Positions 47,100-56,769 of a stretch of 64,000 nucleotides of DNA are shown here, one piece after another (the stretch's first letter is position 1; every line of letters begins with the position of its first letter). The notes beneath the pieces were generated by a model. It did not search any database. It was not told where the DNA came from and saw only the letters and a list, made by a program, of their open reading frames with translations. The stretch is from positions 22,546 to 86,545 of the forward strand of contig CAYJDM010000006.1 of the NCBI GenBank assembly GCA_964368945.1, in the 5' to 3' direction. Both the position numbers and the translations under genes were made by a program. Source of the DNA: an uncultured Candidatus Saccharibacteria bacterium. GTDB lineage: Bacteria > Patescibacteriota > Minisyncoccia > Phycocordibacterales > CAIZLB01.

Positions 47100-48422
47100 T
47101 TATTCCGTTCCGATGCCGAGATATCTGAATCCATGCTTCTTATAAAGCTTAGGGTCGAGAAAATTCTTCGTATCGATTATTATCTTCTGTACTACTTTTG
47201 ACGAGAACATGCCCGGATCGATATATTGGAATTCTGGCCAATCCGTCATCAGGATCATGACATCCGCATCCTTGGCAAAGGAGCCGACCGTCTTTGTGAC
47301 GTCAATGTATTCATAGCCTTCAGCCTTCGTCTGTATGGCAGGATCATATGCCTTTATCTTGCAGCCTTCTGCATGAAGCAGGCTTGCGAGCTCGAGAGAC
47401 ATCGATCTGCGCAGCGTATCCGTATTCGGCTTATATGTGAGCCCGAGGATGCCCACAGTTTTGCCCTTGAGCGTTGGCAGAATCGATCTGATCTTGCTTA
47501 CGAGCATTGGCAAGCGATCGCGATTGACCTGGTGGATGGCATTGAGCATCTTTGGCTCATATGTGAGATCTCGAGCGATCTTGCGAAGCGATTGTATATC
47601 TCTGCCCAAAGTGCCTCCGGCGAAACCGAGGCCGGGATTGAGCGGCGCGCTCGGACTGACTCTTTTATCGAGCTTCATGGCCTTCACCACATCCGTCATA
47701 TTGGCGCCGACCTTTTCTGCAAGATCCGAGAGCTCGCTGCTCAAAGAGATACATGTCGCTAGGTAGGTATTGAGAGCATGCTTCACCATCTCTGCGCTCT
47801 CAAGCCCCATGGTGATAATCGGGCAAGGGAAAGTGAAATCCTTTTCGAATTGATCCATGACTGCCCGATCGTCTGATCCTAATATGATGCGATCCGGAGT
47901 AAGGAAAGTGGCAAATCCATTTCCGAGCCGGAGGTTTTCCGGGAAATATATTACTTTCGGCTTCTTATTGCCCGCCGTCTTCAGAGCATTGATCAGATTG
48001 CGAGAAGTGCCAACCGGTATCTGGCTAGAAATGACTATGGTCGATTCAGGGTTTGCGTTTTTCTGCAGCAATGTAAAAATCCTATCAACGATTTGCATCT
48101 GAGGAATATCATCATTATCGACTTCGAGATCATATGTTATGAAAATATAATCCTTATTCTGCAGGGACTTTTCGGAAGTCGAATATTCGAGATTGTCTGA
48201 ATACGCCTTGATCGTTTCCTCTAGGCCTGGTTCGAATATCGGAGGTATTCCCTTTTTGAAATCATCTATGACGGCCTTATTGAAATCGAAGCCCGTTACA
48301 TGAAAACCAAGCTTTGCCAGTGAGGCGGCATAAACCGAGCCGAGATGCCAAAGGCCCACGACGGCAATCCGCTGGCCTTCCATTCTTGGAGCGACTTTTT
48401 TATTTGCCATAAAATAGATCAT
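47100..48422 (-). CDS. UDP-glucose/GDP-mannose dehydrogenase family protein (nucleotide-sugar 6-dehydrogenase, WbpA/WecC-like)
   Basis: IAVVGLWHLGSVYAASLAKLGFHVTGFD (NAD-binding). Catalytic Cys region GLGFAGGTLGRD. About 440 aa. Confidence 0.85.
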   Translation of the reverse strand: MIYFMANKKVAPRMEGQRIAVVGLWHLGSVYAASLAKLGFHVTGFDFNKAVIDDFKKGIPPIFEPGLEETIKAYSDNLEYSTSEKSLQNKDYIFITYDLEVDNDDIPQMQIVDRIFTLLQKNANPESTIVISSQIPVGTSRNLINALKTAGNKKPKVIYFPENLRLGNGFATFLTPDRIILGSDDRAVMDQFEKDFTFPCPIITMGLESAEMVKHALNTYLATCISLSSELSDLAEKVGANMTDVVKAMKLDKRVSPSAPLNPGLGFAGGTLGRDIQSLRKIARDLTYEPKMLNAIHQVNRDRLPMLVSKIRSILPTLKGKTVGILGLTYKPNTDTLRRSMSLELASLLHAEGCKIKAYDPAIQTKAEGYEYIDVTKTVGSFAKDADVMILMTDWPEFQYIDPGMFSSKVVQKIIIDTKNFLDPKLYKKHGFRYLGIGTE

Positions 48423-49248
48423 TATCTATCCTGCGCAGCTTGAGCAAATCGCCATCCGCCGGCAAACCCTTGAGCATTTCATGATTGTCCCATTTGGCGC
48501 TGAGAAGTCGCCCGGTAACATTGTCCGCGTCTGAGGTGCAAAGGAAATGAATTAGGGCAATGACCTTGTCTAGTGATTCGCCGCCTTTTTCTTTCTGCTC
48601 CAATGCCTTCTTATACGAATCAGTGCCTGCCCTATCCGGACCTCCAGCAAGCAAGGCTTCCGTCATGCCCGTATTGATAGCGCCTGGCGCCACTGCATTG
48701 ATCTGAATATTCGACGCGACAATTTCGCTCGCTATCGTCTCCGTGAATCCAACAACTGCGGCCTTTGAAGTGAAATAAGGAGAGAAATTAGGCAAAGGCT
48801 TTTTGCCCCCTACCCCGGCTCCCGCAAAATTTATGATCTTCCCTTTTCCTGCTTTTTTCATTATTGGCAAAACGAATTTCGAGCAAGCGACCGTACCAAG
48901 CAGATTGACATTGATCGCGCACGCCCATTTATTAATATCGCATGTTTCGAGCGAGCCAATTTCTCCATATATTCCGGCATTGTTTACGAGGATATCGACT
49001 GTTCCGAACCGCTCGACTGCCGAATTGATTACTTTTTCACAATCAGCGACAACCGAAACATCTGCCTGGATGCCGACGAATCTCTTGCCAGTAGGATCAA
49101 CCGAATGCGCTGCCGCTGCCGCCTCCTCACCATTTCGCGAACATACGAGAACGCATGCGCCGGCATCAAAAAAGCTCCTGGCAATCGCATTGCCAATGCC
49201 CTTCGTGCCACCGGTCACTATGATGCTCTTTCCTGTAAAATCACTCAT
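48400..49248 (-). CDS. SDR family oxidoreductase
   Basis: IIVTGGTKGIGNAIA (TGxxxGxG), NNAG, YxxxK (YFTSKAAVVG). Confidence 0.8.
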   Translation of the reverse strand: MSDFTGKSIIVTGGTKGIGNAIARSFFDAGACVLVCSRNGEEAAAAAHSVDPTGKRFVGIQADVSVVADCEKVINSAVERFGTVDILVNNAGIYGEIGSLETCDINKWACAINVNLLGTVACSKFVLPIMKKAGKGKIINFAGAGVGGKKPLPNFSPYFTSKAAVVGFTETIASEIVASNIQINAVAPGAINTGMTEALLAGGPDRAGTDSYKKALEQKEKGGESLDKVIALIHFLCTSDADNVTGRLLSAKWDNHEMLKGLPADGDLLKLRRIDNDLFYGK

Positions 49249-49263
49249 TCGAATCGTAATGTA

Positions 49264-50049
49264 TTATTTCTGGCTCTTCAATGTCTGCCATGCCTTGTCG
49301 AAATCAGCATTGGTCTCGATCGTTCGCTGGCTGAAAAGCATTGCTTCCAATGTCTTTGGCGTGATCGTCACGATATGCGCGCCAGACGCGAAGGCGTCTC
49401 CGACCTGTCCGACATTTCGGATGCTGCCGACGATGATCTTTGGATTATTGTATCCGCCCTCCTTGAGGAATTCATTGAGTGCTGCCGTTATTTTTGCAGG
49501 ATGTGCATTGACCTCGGCTGGCTTACCCATTATTTCATGCTCCTTGATGAATGCTTCATTTGTTCGATACTTGTCCTGATCTTCCATAGTTCGAGCCCAG
49601 AAAAGGCTGATGAATGAAGGCGCCGGATGATTTCGAGTGGCGAGAGCAGCCATGATGAGCTGCTCATATGTCATCATCGCCGTGACATTGACTGGGATTT
49701 TCAAGTCGCCCAGCTTCTTGATTACGACGAGGCTCTTGAGATCATTTGGGATGATAGGAACTTTGATGACGATATTTGGAGCGAGAGCCCGGTACTTTTT
49801 TGCCTCCTTGACCATTTCCTCCACTGATGCACTGCTATCAGAAAGCTCGATCGAAACCGGTCGATTCTTCATGATCGCGCACATTTTCTTGATCGTCGCG
49901 TTGAGATCCTTGAGCTTGACGCCATCCTTGAGCATGATGCCCTGATTGGTCGTGATGCCATCGATGATGCCAGTTTTGTCCCATCTTTCGATTTCGGCTA
50001 TGTTAGAAGAATCCAGAAAAACGCCTCGGTCGAACGTCAGTTTTTTCAT
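49264..50049 (-). CDS. tal: transaldolase family protein
   Basis: GIIDGITTNQGIM and IVIKVPII are transaldolase/FSA-family motifs. 261 aa. Confidence 0.6.
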   Translation of the reverse strand: MKKLTFDRGVFLDSSNIAEIERWDKTGIIDGITTNQGIMLKDGVKLKDLNATIKKMCAIMKNRPVSIELSDSSASVEEMVKEAKKYRALAPNIVIKVPIIPNDLKSLVVIKKLGDLKIPVNVTAMMTYEQLIMAALATRNHPAPSFISLFWARTMEDQDKYRTNEAFIKEHEIMGKPAEVNAHPAKITAALNEFLKEGGYNNPKIIVGSIRNVGQVGDAFASGAHIVTITPKTLEAMLFSQRTIETNADFDKAWQTLKSQK

Positions 50050-50054
50050 ATATA

Positions 50055-50708
50055 TTGGTGTGGTATATTAGAAATCAAGTGTATACCACAAAACCAGCAG
50101 AGGCAAACGCCTCAAAAAAGGCGCTATTCCTCGATCGAGACGGCGTAATAAACCATATGATCCGTCAAGGGGAATCATATGACTCGCCCCAGAGTGCAGA
50201 GCAAATCATGCTCGTAGACGGGATTGCCGAGGTAATAGCATGGGCGAATTCTCAAGGCATCCGCGTAATCGAAATATCGAATCAACCAGGCGCAGCCAAG
50301 GGGAAAATGAGCATGGAGACGCTCAATGAGATAGACGAGCAGGTCTTTTCCCTATTGCGGGATAAAGGGGCTCATATTGATAAAAGATATCTCTGCGTCC
50401 ATCATCCCAAAGGCACGGTCTCCAGGCTCGCCATCGAATGCGAATGCCGCAAGCCAGGCATCGGGCTTTTCAAGCAAGCCGAATCCGAGCTCGGCATCGA
50501 TATCGCCAATAGCGTATTCATCGGAGACAATGTCTCGGATATGCGAGCCGGCGAAAAAGCAGGATGCAAGACGGTCTTTTTTTTCCACACTGATGATACC
50601 CCTGAAAAAGTCGGGAAGAATCGCGAATACCTAGCGACAGAGGCGAAGCATGTGTCCAGATCGCATGAGGAAACTTTGACTTTGGTCCAACAGCTGCTTA
50701 CCATATAG
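50055..50708 (+). CDS. gmhB: D-glycero-D-manno-heptose 1,7-bisphosphate phosphatase (HAD superfamily, GmhB-like)
   Basis: LFLDRDGVIN (HAD motif I). CECRKPGIGLF (histidinol-phosphatase-family CxC/K motif). FIGDNVSDMRAGEKAG (motif III). Apparent TTG start; an 8 bp inverted repeat lies over the start region. Confidence 0.7.
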   Translation: MVWYIRNQVYTTKPAEANASKKALFLDRDGVINHMIRQGESYDSPQSAEQIMLVDGIAEVIAWANSQGIRVIEISNQPGAAKGKMSMETLNEIDEQVFSLLRDKGAHIDKRYLCVHHPKGTVSRLAIECECRKPGIGLFKQAESELGIDIANSVFIGDNVSDMRAGEKAGCKTVFFFHTDDTPEKVGKNREYLATEAKHVSRSHEETLTLVQQLLTI

Positions 50709-50711
50709 ATC

Positions 50712-51440
50712 ATGAAAGCAATTATAGTTGCAGGAGGCAAAGGCGAAAGACTGAAGCCACTGACAGAAACGCGTCCAAAGCCCATGATCGAAGTCGGAGG
50801 AAAGCCCATACTCGAGCATACGATCAACCTATTCAAAAAGCATGGGATAACAGATTTCGTTATTGCCCTCTGCTATCTTCCTGAAGTCATTACCTCATAT
50901 TTCGGAAACGGCTCTGCATTCGGCGTCACCATTGAATACACGTACGAGAACCTGACTCAGCCACGTGGCACCGCTGGAGCGATATTTCCAGCTAAGTCCC
51001 TAATCCAGGATACATTCATCGTCACTTATGCCGATACCCTGAGAGACCTGGACATCTCAGCGCTTATCCAGGCGCATCGAGACTCGAGAAGCTTCGCCAC
51101 ATTGAATGTCTACAAGCATACTGGAGAGAATTTCAAGAGCTCGCTGAAGTTCGATGATCAAAATCTCCTTACCGAATTCACTGAACTGCCTTCGTCACAG
51201 AAACTCGAAGGAGATTTCGCTTGGTCAAATGGATCATTCTATGTCTTCGAGTCCGAAATATTCGATTATATCCCTGAGCAGTCGAATGCCGACTTCGCAA
51301 AGGATATTTTCCCGGTTTTGCTTTCGGAGCACAAAAAAATATCCGTCTTTCCAAGTGACGGATATTTCATCGATATCGGAACCATTGAGACCTTGAAAAA
51401 GGCCGAGGTCGATATCCAGACCGGCGCTATCGCAATTTAG
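50712..51440 (+). CDS. hddC: sugar-1-phosphate nucleotidyltransferase (D-glycero-alpha-D-manno-heptose 1-phosphate guanylyltransferase-like)
   Basis: MKAIIVAGGKGERLKPLTETRPKPMIEVGGKPIL is the nucleotidyltransferase signature. Follows gmhB by 4 nt. Confidence 0.7.
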   Translation: MKAIIVAGGKGERLKPLTETRPKPMIEVGGKPILEHTINLFKKHGITDFVIALCYLPEVITSYFGNGSAFGVTIEYTYENLTQPRGTAGAIFPAKSLIQDTFIVTYADTLRDLDISALIQAHRDSRSFATLNVYKHTGENFKSSLKFDDQNLLTEFTELPSSQKLEGDFAWSNGSFYVFESEIFDYIPEQSNADFAKDIFPVLLSEHKKISVFPSDGYFIDIGTIETLKKAEVDIQTGAIAI

Positions 51441-51993
51441 GATGCGTAGCGATCAGGTGCCAAACGATAGCCTGAAAGCTTTCTGCCAACGGCGTGATGA
51501 GCTCCGCTTCCGCGATCGGAAGAAGAACCGAAGCATGAGCGACCTTGCGCGTATGTCCTCCATCGCGGCTGATGATTCCCGTTATTGTCGCGCCCTTTTC
51601 CTTTGCATGATCCAAGGCCTTGATGATATTCGTGCTGATATTCTTTTCAGCGTTTCCTCCTCCTACAGAAAATACCATGACCATATCCTTGTCATTGAGA
51701 CGGCTGCCCTTTAGCCAATTGCTGAAGATCGTATCCCAGCCATCATCGTTTGCTCGAGCGGTAAGCTCCGAGACATTGTCAGTAGGCGTATATGTTTCTA
51801 TATTGCAGATCTTGCGGAAATCATTGACCGCATGAGAGCAGTTCGCAGCGGATCCACCTACGCCCAAGAGGAAGAGTCTCCCCTCTCTCTGCTTTAGCGC
51901 AACGAATAAATCTACGAGCGCCTCGATCTCTTTCGTATCCAGGCTCGTGGCAAGCTTAACTGCCGTATCCAAATATTTTGTTATGTAATCCAT
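51427..51993 (-). CDS. gmhA: phosphoheptose isomerase (SIS domain)
   Basis: LFLLGVGGSAANCSHAVNDF and MVMVFSVGGGN are SIS-domain/GmhA motifs. 188 aa. Confidence 0.85.
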   Translation of the reverse strand: MDYITKYLDTAVKLATSLDTKEIEALVDLFVALKQREGRLFLLGVGGSAANCSHAVNDFRKICNIETYTPTDNVSELTARANDDGWDTIFSNWLKGSRLNDKDMVMVFSVGGGNAEKNISTNIIKALDHAKEKGATITGIISRDGGHTRKVAHASVLLPIAEAELITPLAESFQAIVWHLIATHPKLR

Positions 51994-52006
51994 AGATGAT
52001 TAGGTA

Positions 52007-53071
52007 TTAAAAATTAATTAGAGTCTTTGTTCCTTCGAAATCGAATCTGATCTTGCGCTCTTCGAGGCCGATCTCCTTCATGCGCTTTCGAAAGGCGCCC
52101 TTGTTCTCTTTTACATAGAAGACGAACCAGCCTCCTCCTCCGGCACCCATGATCTTTCCTCCCAAGGCTCCTGCAATCATAGCCTCTTTGTACCATTCGT
52201 CAATTTGCGTATTAGACACCTGTTCCGAAAGCGTCTTCTTGATCTTCCAATGCTCATCGAAGGTACGGCCGAAGGCATCGACATCTCCATTTTCCAAATA
52301 TTTCTTTGCCTTCTGCCCGAGCTTCTTTATCGCATCAAGCGCCTTGAAATGCTTGGCGCCCTTCTTTCCATCGGATGATTTCTTTGCCTTATTCGCAGCG
52401 TCTGCGAGAGCTGTGCCCGCATCGCGATAGATTCCCGTTCGGAAATAAAGCAAATTTGATTCGAGCTCTGAGATGGCGTGGAGCGAAAGCGATACCGGCT
52501 CCATGGTTACATTGCCTTTCGTATCGCGCTCATAATAATTGATGCCCCCATGAGCGACGATGTATTGATCCTGAGGACCGATGAAATCGCGCCCAAGTTT
52601 AACCTTCTCGATAGAATATGCCTTTTTTCCAAGCAAGGTCTTTGAGATCGACTCGCCTTTATATGTATACAAAGCGTTAAGGAGACCAACCTCAAGGGCT
52701 CCGGATCCTCCCAGTCCCGATCTGCCAGAAACCTCGGATGTGATATTGACGCTGATTCCGCTTTTGACATCGGCATGCTCGAGACAGGCTTTTACATACA
52801 GATTCGGAATATCCTTGTATGAATTGCTCTGAGATGCCTCATGGCCGTATGCGTAACCGACAAATCGAGCATCTTCGGTCATGGTAAGAGTAACAACGAG
52901 ATACCTATTTATTGTCGCGCTTATCCATGCTCCGCCTTTGACATCGCTATACCAATCGACATCTGTCCCTCCTCCGGCAAGGGTTATGCGCATCGGGGTC
53001 TGCGTGACGATTACCGCTCTTTCTCTGTACGTATGAGGACGCTTAAACACTTGTTCTTTATCCATATGCAA
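52007..53071 (-). CDS. hddA: GHMP-family D-glycero-alpha-D-manno-heptose 7-phosphate kinase
   Basis: GHMP motifs PMRITLAGGGTDVD and SGRSGLGGSGALEVGLLNALY. Adjacent to gmhA. Confidence 0.75.
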   Translation of the reverse strand: MHMDKEQVFKRPHTYRERAVIVTQTPMRITLAGGGTDVDWYSDVKGGAWISATINRYLVVTLTMTEDARFVGYAYGHEASQSNSYKDIPNLYVKACLEHADVKSGISVNITSEVSGRSGLGGSGALEVGLLNALYTYKGESISKTLLGKKAYSIEKVKLGRDFIGPQDQYIVAHGGINYYERDTKGNVTMEPVSLSLHAISELESNLLYFRTGIYRDAGTALADAANKAKKSSDGKKGAKHFKALDAIKKLGQKAKKYLENGDVDAFGRTFDEHWKIKKTLSEQVSNTQIDEWYKEAMIAGALGGKIMGAGGGGWFVFYVKENKGAFRKRMKEIGLEERKIRFDFEGTKTLINF

Positions 53072-53129
53072 GAAAGTATATATATGTATGGAGGGTTATA
53101 CAAGCCGCGCTCATGTACCACACTATATA

Positions 53130-53175
53130 AAAAAGATCCCCGCACACGGTCACGGGGACCTTCTGTGCGGGGACG
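53130..53175 (-). terminator. terminator/attenuator-like structure between the NUDIX gene and hddA
   Basis: CCCCGCACA (53137-53145) pairs with TGTGCGGGG (53164-53172). An alternative pairing uses the internal CACGGGGACC. On the minus strand it is followed by TTTTTTATATAG. Confidence 0.5.
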
Positions 53176-53203
53176 GTTATTCGAATGGACGAAATACGAG
53201 CTC

Positions 53204-53815
53204 TTAGCCCCTCTCTCCGTCTTCGTATTCGAACTCTGCGAGCCTCAAGGCATCGGCGAATGGCTTCGGAAAGTTCCGCGGGATGCGCGAGAACCATTTA
53301 TGTTCGCCGACACTGCCATCGCCTTCGAACTTTTCAGGCACGCTTTCGAGTTCCACGACATACAGATGCCAGAGGCTCCACCACGGCCGGTTCGGCGCGC
53401 ATTGGCTCTCTGGATTCAGCGTCGGAAACTCTCCGAGGTATTCGTACCCGAGACCGTCGAGATCGAGACCGATCTCCCTCTTGACCACCCTGATGAGAGC
53501 AGCCTTCGAGGTTTCGCCGGCCTCGATGCGTCCGCCTTTGAGGAAGTACTCGTTTTTCCATGGACGCTCCTTGCGGCGCGATCCAAGGAAATGAAGCACT
53601 CCGTCGAAGCGGCAGACTACAATAAAGTCAGCGGTCGAAGTCACTCCGAAGTGCTGAGTATCGGGCATGGCAGGCACAGGGATCCACTTCATTTGTGCCC
53701 TGACGGCTTCCCTGGTTGCTTCATCGGCATCGTAAAACGGGCCGAGACGATCTGGGAATGCAGGATTCAGAGGCGCGGCGGAAGGATCCGCCACGAGAGA
53801 TATCTTCTCGCTCAT
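53204..53815 (-). CDS. NUDIX hydrolase
   Basis: Nudix box GGRIEAGETSKAALIRVVKREIGLD. 203 aa. Confidence 0.65.
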   Translation of the reverse strand: MSEKISLVADPSAAPLNPAFPDRLGPFYDADEATREAVRAQMKWIPVPAMPDTQHFGVTSTADFIVVCRFDGVLHFLGSRRKERPWKNEYFLKGGRIEAGETSKAALIRVVKREIGLDLDGLGYEYLGEFPTLNPESQCAPNRPWWSLWHLYVVELESVPEKFEGDGSVGEHKWFSRIPRNFPKPFADALRLAEFEYEDGERG

Positions 53816-54059
53816 TTTTGGTTAGTATTGGATATGCGGCTTTTAGGCGCTGGTTTTTTGGGCTGGAATGAACTGTCGCTAAAGGAATTGGCAGCAGTTT
53901 TTAGCATGTATATTATGCATCTATATTGTGTAAAAGTCAATAGCACGGATCCGATTCAACCAAGGCACCTTCCCCACCAGCAATGCCTTATATATCCCCA
54001 AAATACATGCTAAAATGACCCTTATACCAAATTAGCCAAGCTGTTTTATCAGCAAATAC

Positions 54060-54914
54060 ATGAAACACCTCGTATTAGGATCATCAGGACAGGTCGGAGA
54101 AGGTCTCGTCGAATACATTCGCAAGATCGGCCATGAAGCCATCGAATTCGATATCGTGCGAAACGTCGAAGAAGACCTGCGCATTCCGAATAATCCCCTG
54201 CTCGACAAGGCCGTATCGGAAGCTGACTTCGTTTTCTTCCTTGCATTCGATGTGGGAGGCGCGCGATACCTCAAGAAGTATCAGGAGACATATGACTTCG
54301 TGACGAACAACCAGAAGCTCATGGTCAATACATTCGAGGCCATCAAGAAGCATGGCAAGAGATTCATCTTCGCATCGAGCCAGATGTCGAGCATGACTTT
54401 TTCCAATTATGGCGTTCTCAAGAATCTGGGAGAAAAAATGACCGACATCCTCGATGGCCGAGTCGTGAAGTTCTGGAATGTATACGGATTCGAGCGAGAC
54501 CTCGAGAAATCGCATGTAATCACCGACCTCATCCTCAAGGCGCATAAGCAGAAGGAGATCAGCCTCATGACAAGCGGTCAGGAAGAACGACAATTCCTCC
54601 ATGTAGAAGACTGCGCGAAATGCCTCATCACGATCGCGGAGCGATACGATGAGATCAGCAAGGAACACCCTCTCCATATCACGACATTCGAATGGACGAA
54701 AGTCATCGATGTGGCGAATATCATCAGCCACAATTTCGACAATATGCCAGTCGTTCCGACTATCGTGGCTTCTGATCAGCAAAACGATGTGCAGCATGCC
54801 ATCAAGAATGATGCCTCAACTTATATTTTGCGATTCTGGAAGCCTGAAATCGATCTCAAGACCGGCATCGTGGACATTATCAAGCGCATGAAGGAGCATG
54901 GAATGATTTCATAG
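54060..54914 (+). CDS. NAD(P)-dependent epimerase/reductase (RmlD/extended SDR-like)
   Basis: HLVLGSSGQVG Rossmann-like motif, YGVLKNLGE (YxxxK). A TGCTAAAAT extended -10 lies about 45 nt upstream. Confidence 0.5.
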   Translation: MKHLVLGSSGQVGEGLVEYIRKIGHEAIEFDIVRNVEEDLRIPNNPLLDKAVSEADFVFFLAFDVGGARYLKKYQETYDFVTNNQKLMVNTFEAIKKHGKRFIFASSQMSSMTFSNYGVLKNLGEKMTDILDGRVVKFWNVYGFERDLEKSHVITDLILKAHKQKEISLMTSGQEERQFLHVEDCAKCLITIAERYDEISKEHPLHITTFEWTKVIDVANIISHNFDNMPVVPTIVASDQQNDVQHAIKNDASTYILRFWKPEIDLKTGIVDIIKRMKEHGMIS

Positions 54915-54949
54915 CGAGCGAATGTTTTTATACTAAAAAATTAAAAAAA

Positions 54950-55912
54950 ATGAACAGTACAAATCCAAACATCATCGTCAGCACCATCACGCCGAGCTTC
55001 CGCATGAAGCGATATCTCCAGCTATTCCTCGAAGAACTCCCGCAGCAGACATATTTCGATAAGATGGAAGTGGTCCTCGATCATAATGAGCCGGATGAGG
55101 AGGAGATCGCATGGGTAAAGGAATTCCAAGCCAAGCATCCTGGCCGAATCAAGCACATCATCACCAATCCCGTCGCTCCTATCGGCACATCGATGAATAC
55201 CTGCATCCGCGAGGCATCTGGAAAATACCTGACGATCTGGAATGTGGACGACCTTCGAACGCCTGACTCCATCGAGCTTCAGGTTCGCGCGATCGAGGAA
55301 AAGAATGCGGATATCGCTTTCGGCGACTATCTCATCGTCCGCAAATTCGCCCCTGCAGGATCGATCACATCAGGCAAATGGGTGAGACATGCTGATATAC
55401 CTGAATCAGAATATACTCGAGGCATGATCTTCGGGCCTTTTATCATGTTCAAAAAATCCCTCACTGAGCGAGCTGGGATGTTCGATGAGCAGCTCGTATC
55501 TGGCGCTGATTTCGACATCTCAGTACGGCTCGCATTCAATGGCAAGGCAGTCGTTGCCGACGGAAATCTCGGCTACTATCTCAATGAGGGCAAAGGCGCG
55601 AGCACGCGGCCGAATTCAAAGCAGAAGATCGACCGAACCATCATCGAGCTCCGCTTCGGAATCTATGACAAGATGGATTATGACCTCGTCGCTGAGGCGA
55701 GCACATACCATCTGCATCATGTCATTGTCGATGGTGTCCCGCATCTCATTGATCTCTATGTCCCCAATTATCGAGCGGTAATCAACCAACGCCTCAAGGA
55801 ATGGAAGGCGCATGGCGTGCGAAGATTCATTACGAGAAAAGTATTCATGACTGACAAGATCAAGGGCAAGATCAGGAATGCAGCAAAGAAGGTCCTAAGG
55901 GTTGGCAAATAA
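54950..55912 (+). CDS. glycosyltransferase family 2
   Basis: IIVSTITPSFRMKRYLQLFLEEL (GT2 N-terminus), WNVDDL (DxD). Confidence 0.65.
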   Translation: MNSTNPNIIVSTITPSFRMKRYLQLFLEELPQQTYFDKMEVVLDHNEPDEEEIAWVKEFQAKHPGRIKHIITNPVAPIGTSMNTCIREASGKYLTIWNVDDLRTPDSIELQVRAIEEKNADIAFGDYLIVRKFAPAGSITSGKWVRHADIPESEYTRGMIFGPFIMFKKSLTERAGMFDEQLVSGADFDISVRLAFNGKAVVADGNLGYYLNEGKGASTRPNSKQKIDRTIIELRFGIYDKMDYDLVAEASTYHLHHVIVDGVPHLIDLYVPNYRAVINQRLKEWKAHGVRRFITRKVFMTDKIKGKIRNAAKKVLRVGK

Positions 55913-56738
55913 TATGCGACAATTCCTCAAACACCATCTTTCCATAAAGACCAAGGCCAAGCTGCTCGCTTTCGAGCGCCTGACCAAGCTTCTTATTCGT
56001 CCTCAAGTAGCGCGAGACTTGTATATCTACAATGAGCTCAAATCCGCCAAGCATGCTGGAGAGCCCCGCTTCTCCATAAAGATCGTGGATGTCTTCCCTA
56101 TCACGGGCGAGAATACGAAGTATACGAGCTTCGACAGGCATTATGTATATCACACATCATGGGCCGCTCGCGCGGTATCGGAATTGGATTCTGCCGCAAA
56201 GCAATCAGGGCGAAATGACTATAAGCATATCGATATCTCTTCAAGCCTTTATTTCAGCGGCATCGTTTCCGCATTCGTTCCTGTGGATTTTTATGACTAT
56301 CGACCAGCGGATCTCCGCCTCGAAGGATTGACGACGAATCCTGGAGACCTCATGAAGCTGCCATTCGCCAGCGACAGCGTCGAATCAATCTCTTGCCTCC
56401 ATACGATAGAGCATATCGGCCTCGGCAGATATGGCGATCCCATCGATCCGGATGGCGACATGAAGGCGCTCGCTGAATTGAAGCGCGTCGTCAAAAAGGG
56501 AGGCTCGCTGCTTATCGTCGTGCCCGTTGGAAGACAGCGGATCGAATTCAATGCGCATCGCATATATGCCCCAAGCCATATGAATGATCTGATCTGCGGC
56601 GATGGAGAATTTTCTCTCAAGGAATATGCCTATATACCCGAAACGGATAAGGAAGGCGGCCTCGAGCGAGGAGCCGACCTGAGCAAGGGCTCGAATGATA
56701 GATATGCCTGCGGATGCTTCTGGTTTACGAAGAATTGA
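55902..56738 (+). CDS. putative SAM-dependent methyltransferase (DUF268-like)
   Basis: ISCLHTIEHIGLGRYGDPIDPDGDMKALAELKRVVKKGGSLLIVVPVG resembles the class I MTase motif II/III region as found in DUF268-type proteins. Weak. Confidence 0.4.
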   Translation: MANNMRQFLKHHLSIKTKAKLLAFERLTKLLIRPQVARDLYIYNELKSAKHAGEPRFSIKIVDVFPITGENTKYTSFDRHYVYHTSWAARAVSELDSAAKQSGRNDYKHIDISSSLYFSGIVSAFVPVDFYDYRPADLRLEGLTTNPGDLMKLPFASDSVESISCLHTIEHIGLGRYGDPIDPDGDMKALAELKRVVKKGGSLLIVVPVGRQRIEFNAHRIYAPSHMNDLICGDGEFSLKEYAYIPETDKEGGLERGADLSKGSNDRYACGCFWFTKN

Positions 56739-56769
56739 TCAAAATTTAATCACATACAATATACACAAA

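Noticed and set aside
52841-54013. 390 aa plus-strand ORF
   Set aside because: It lies antisense across hddA and the NUDIX gene, both of which have strong family signatures. It has no motif content and spans a terminator hairpin.
54084-54797. 237 aa minus-strand ORF
   Set aside because: Antisense to the RmlD-like gene, which carries the Rossmann and YxxxK motifs.
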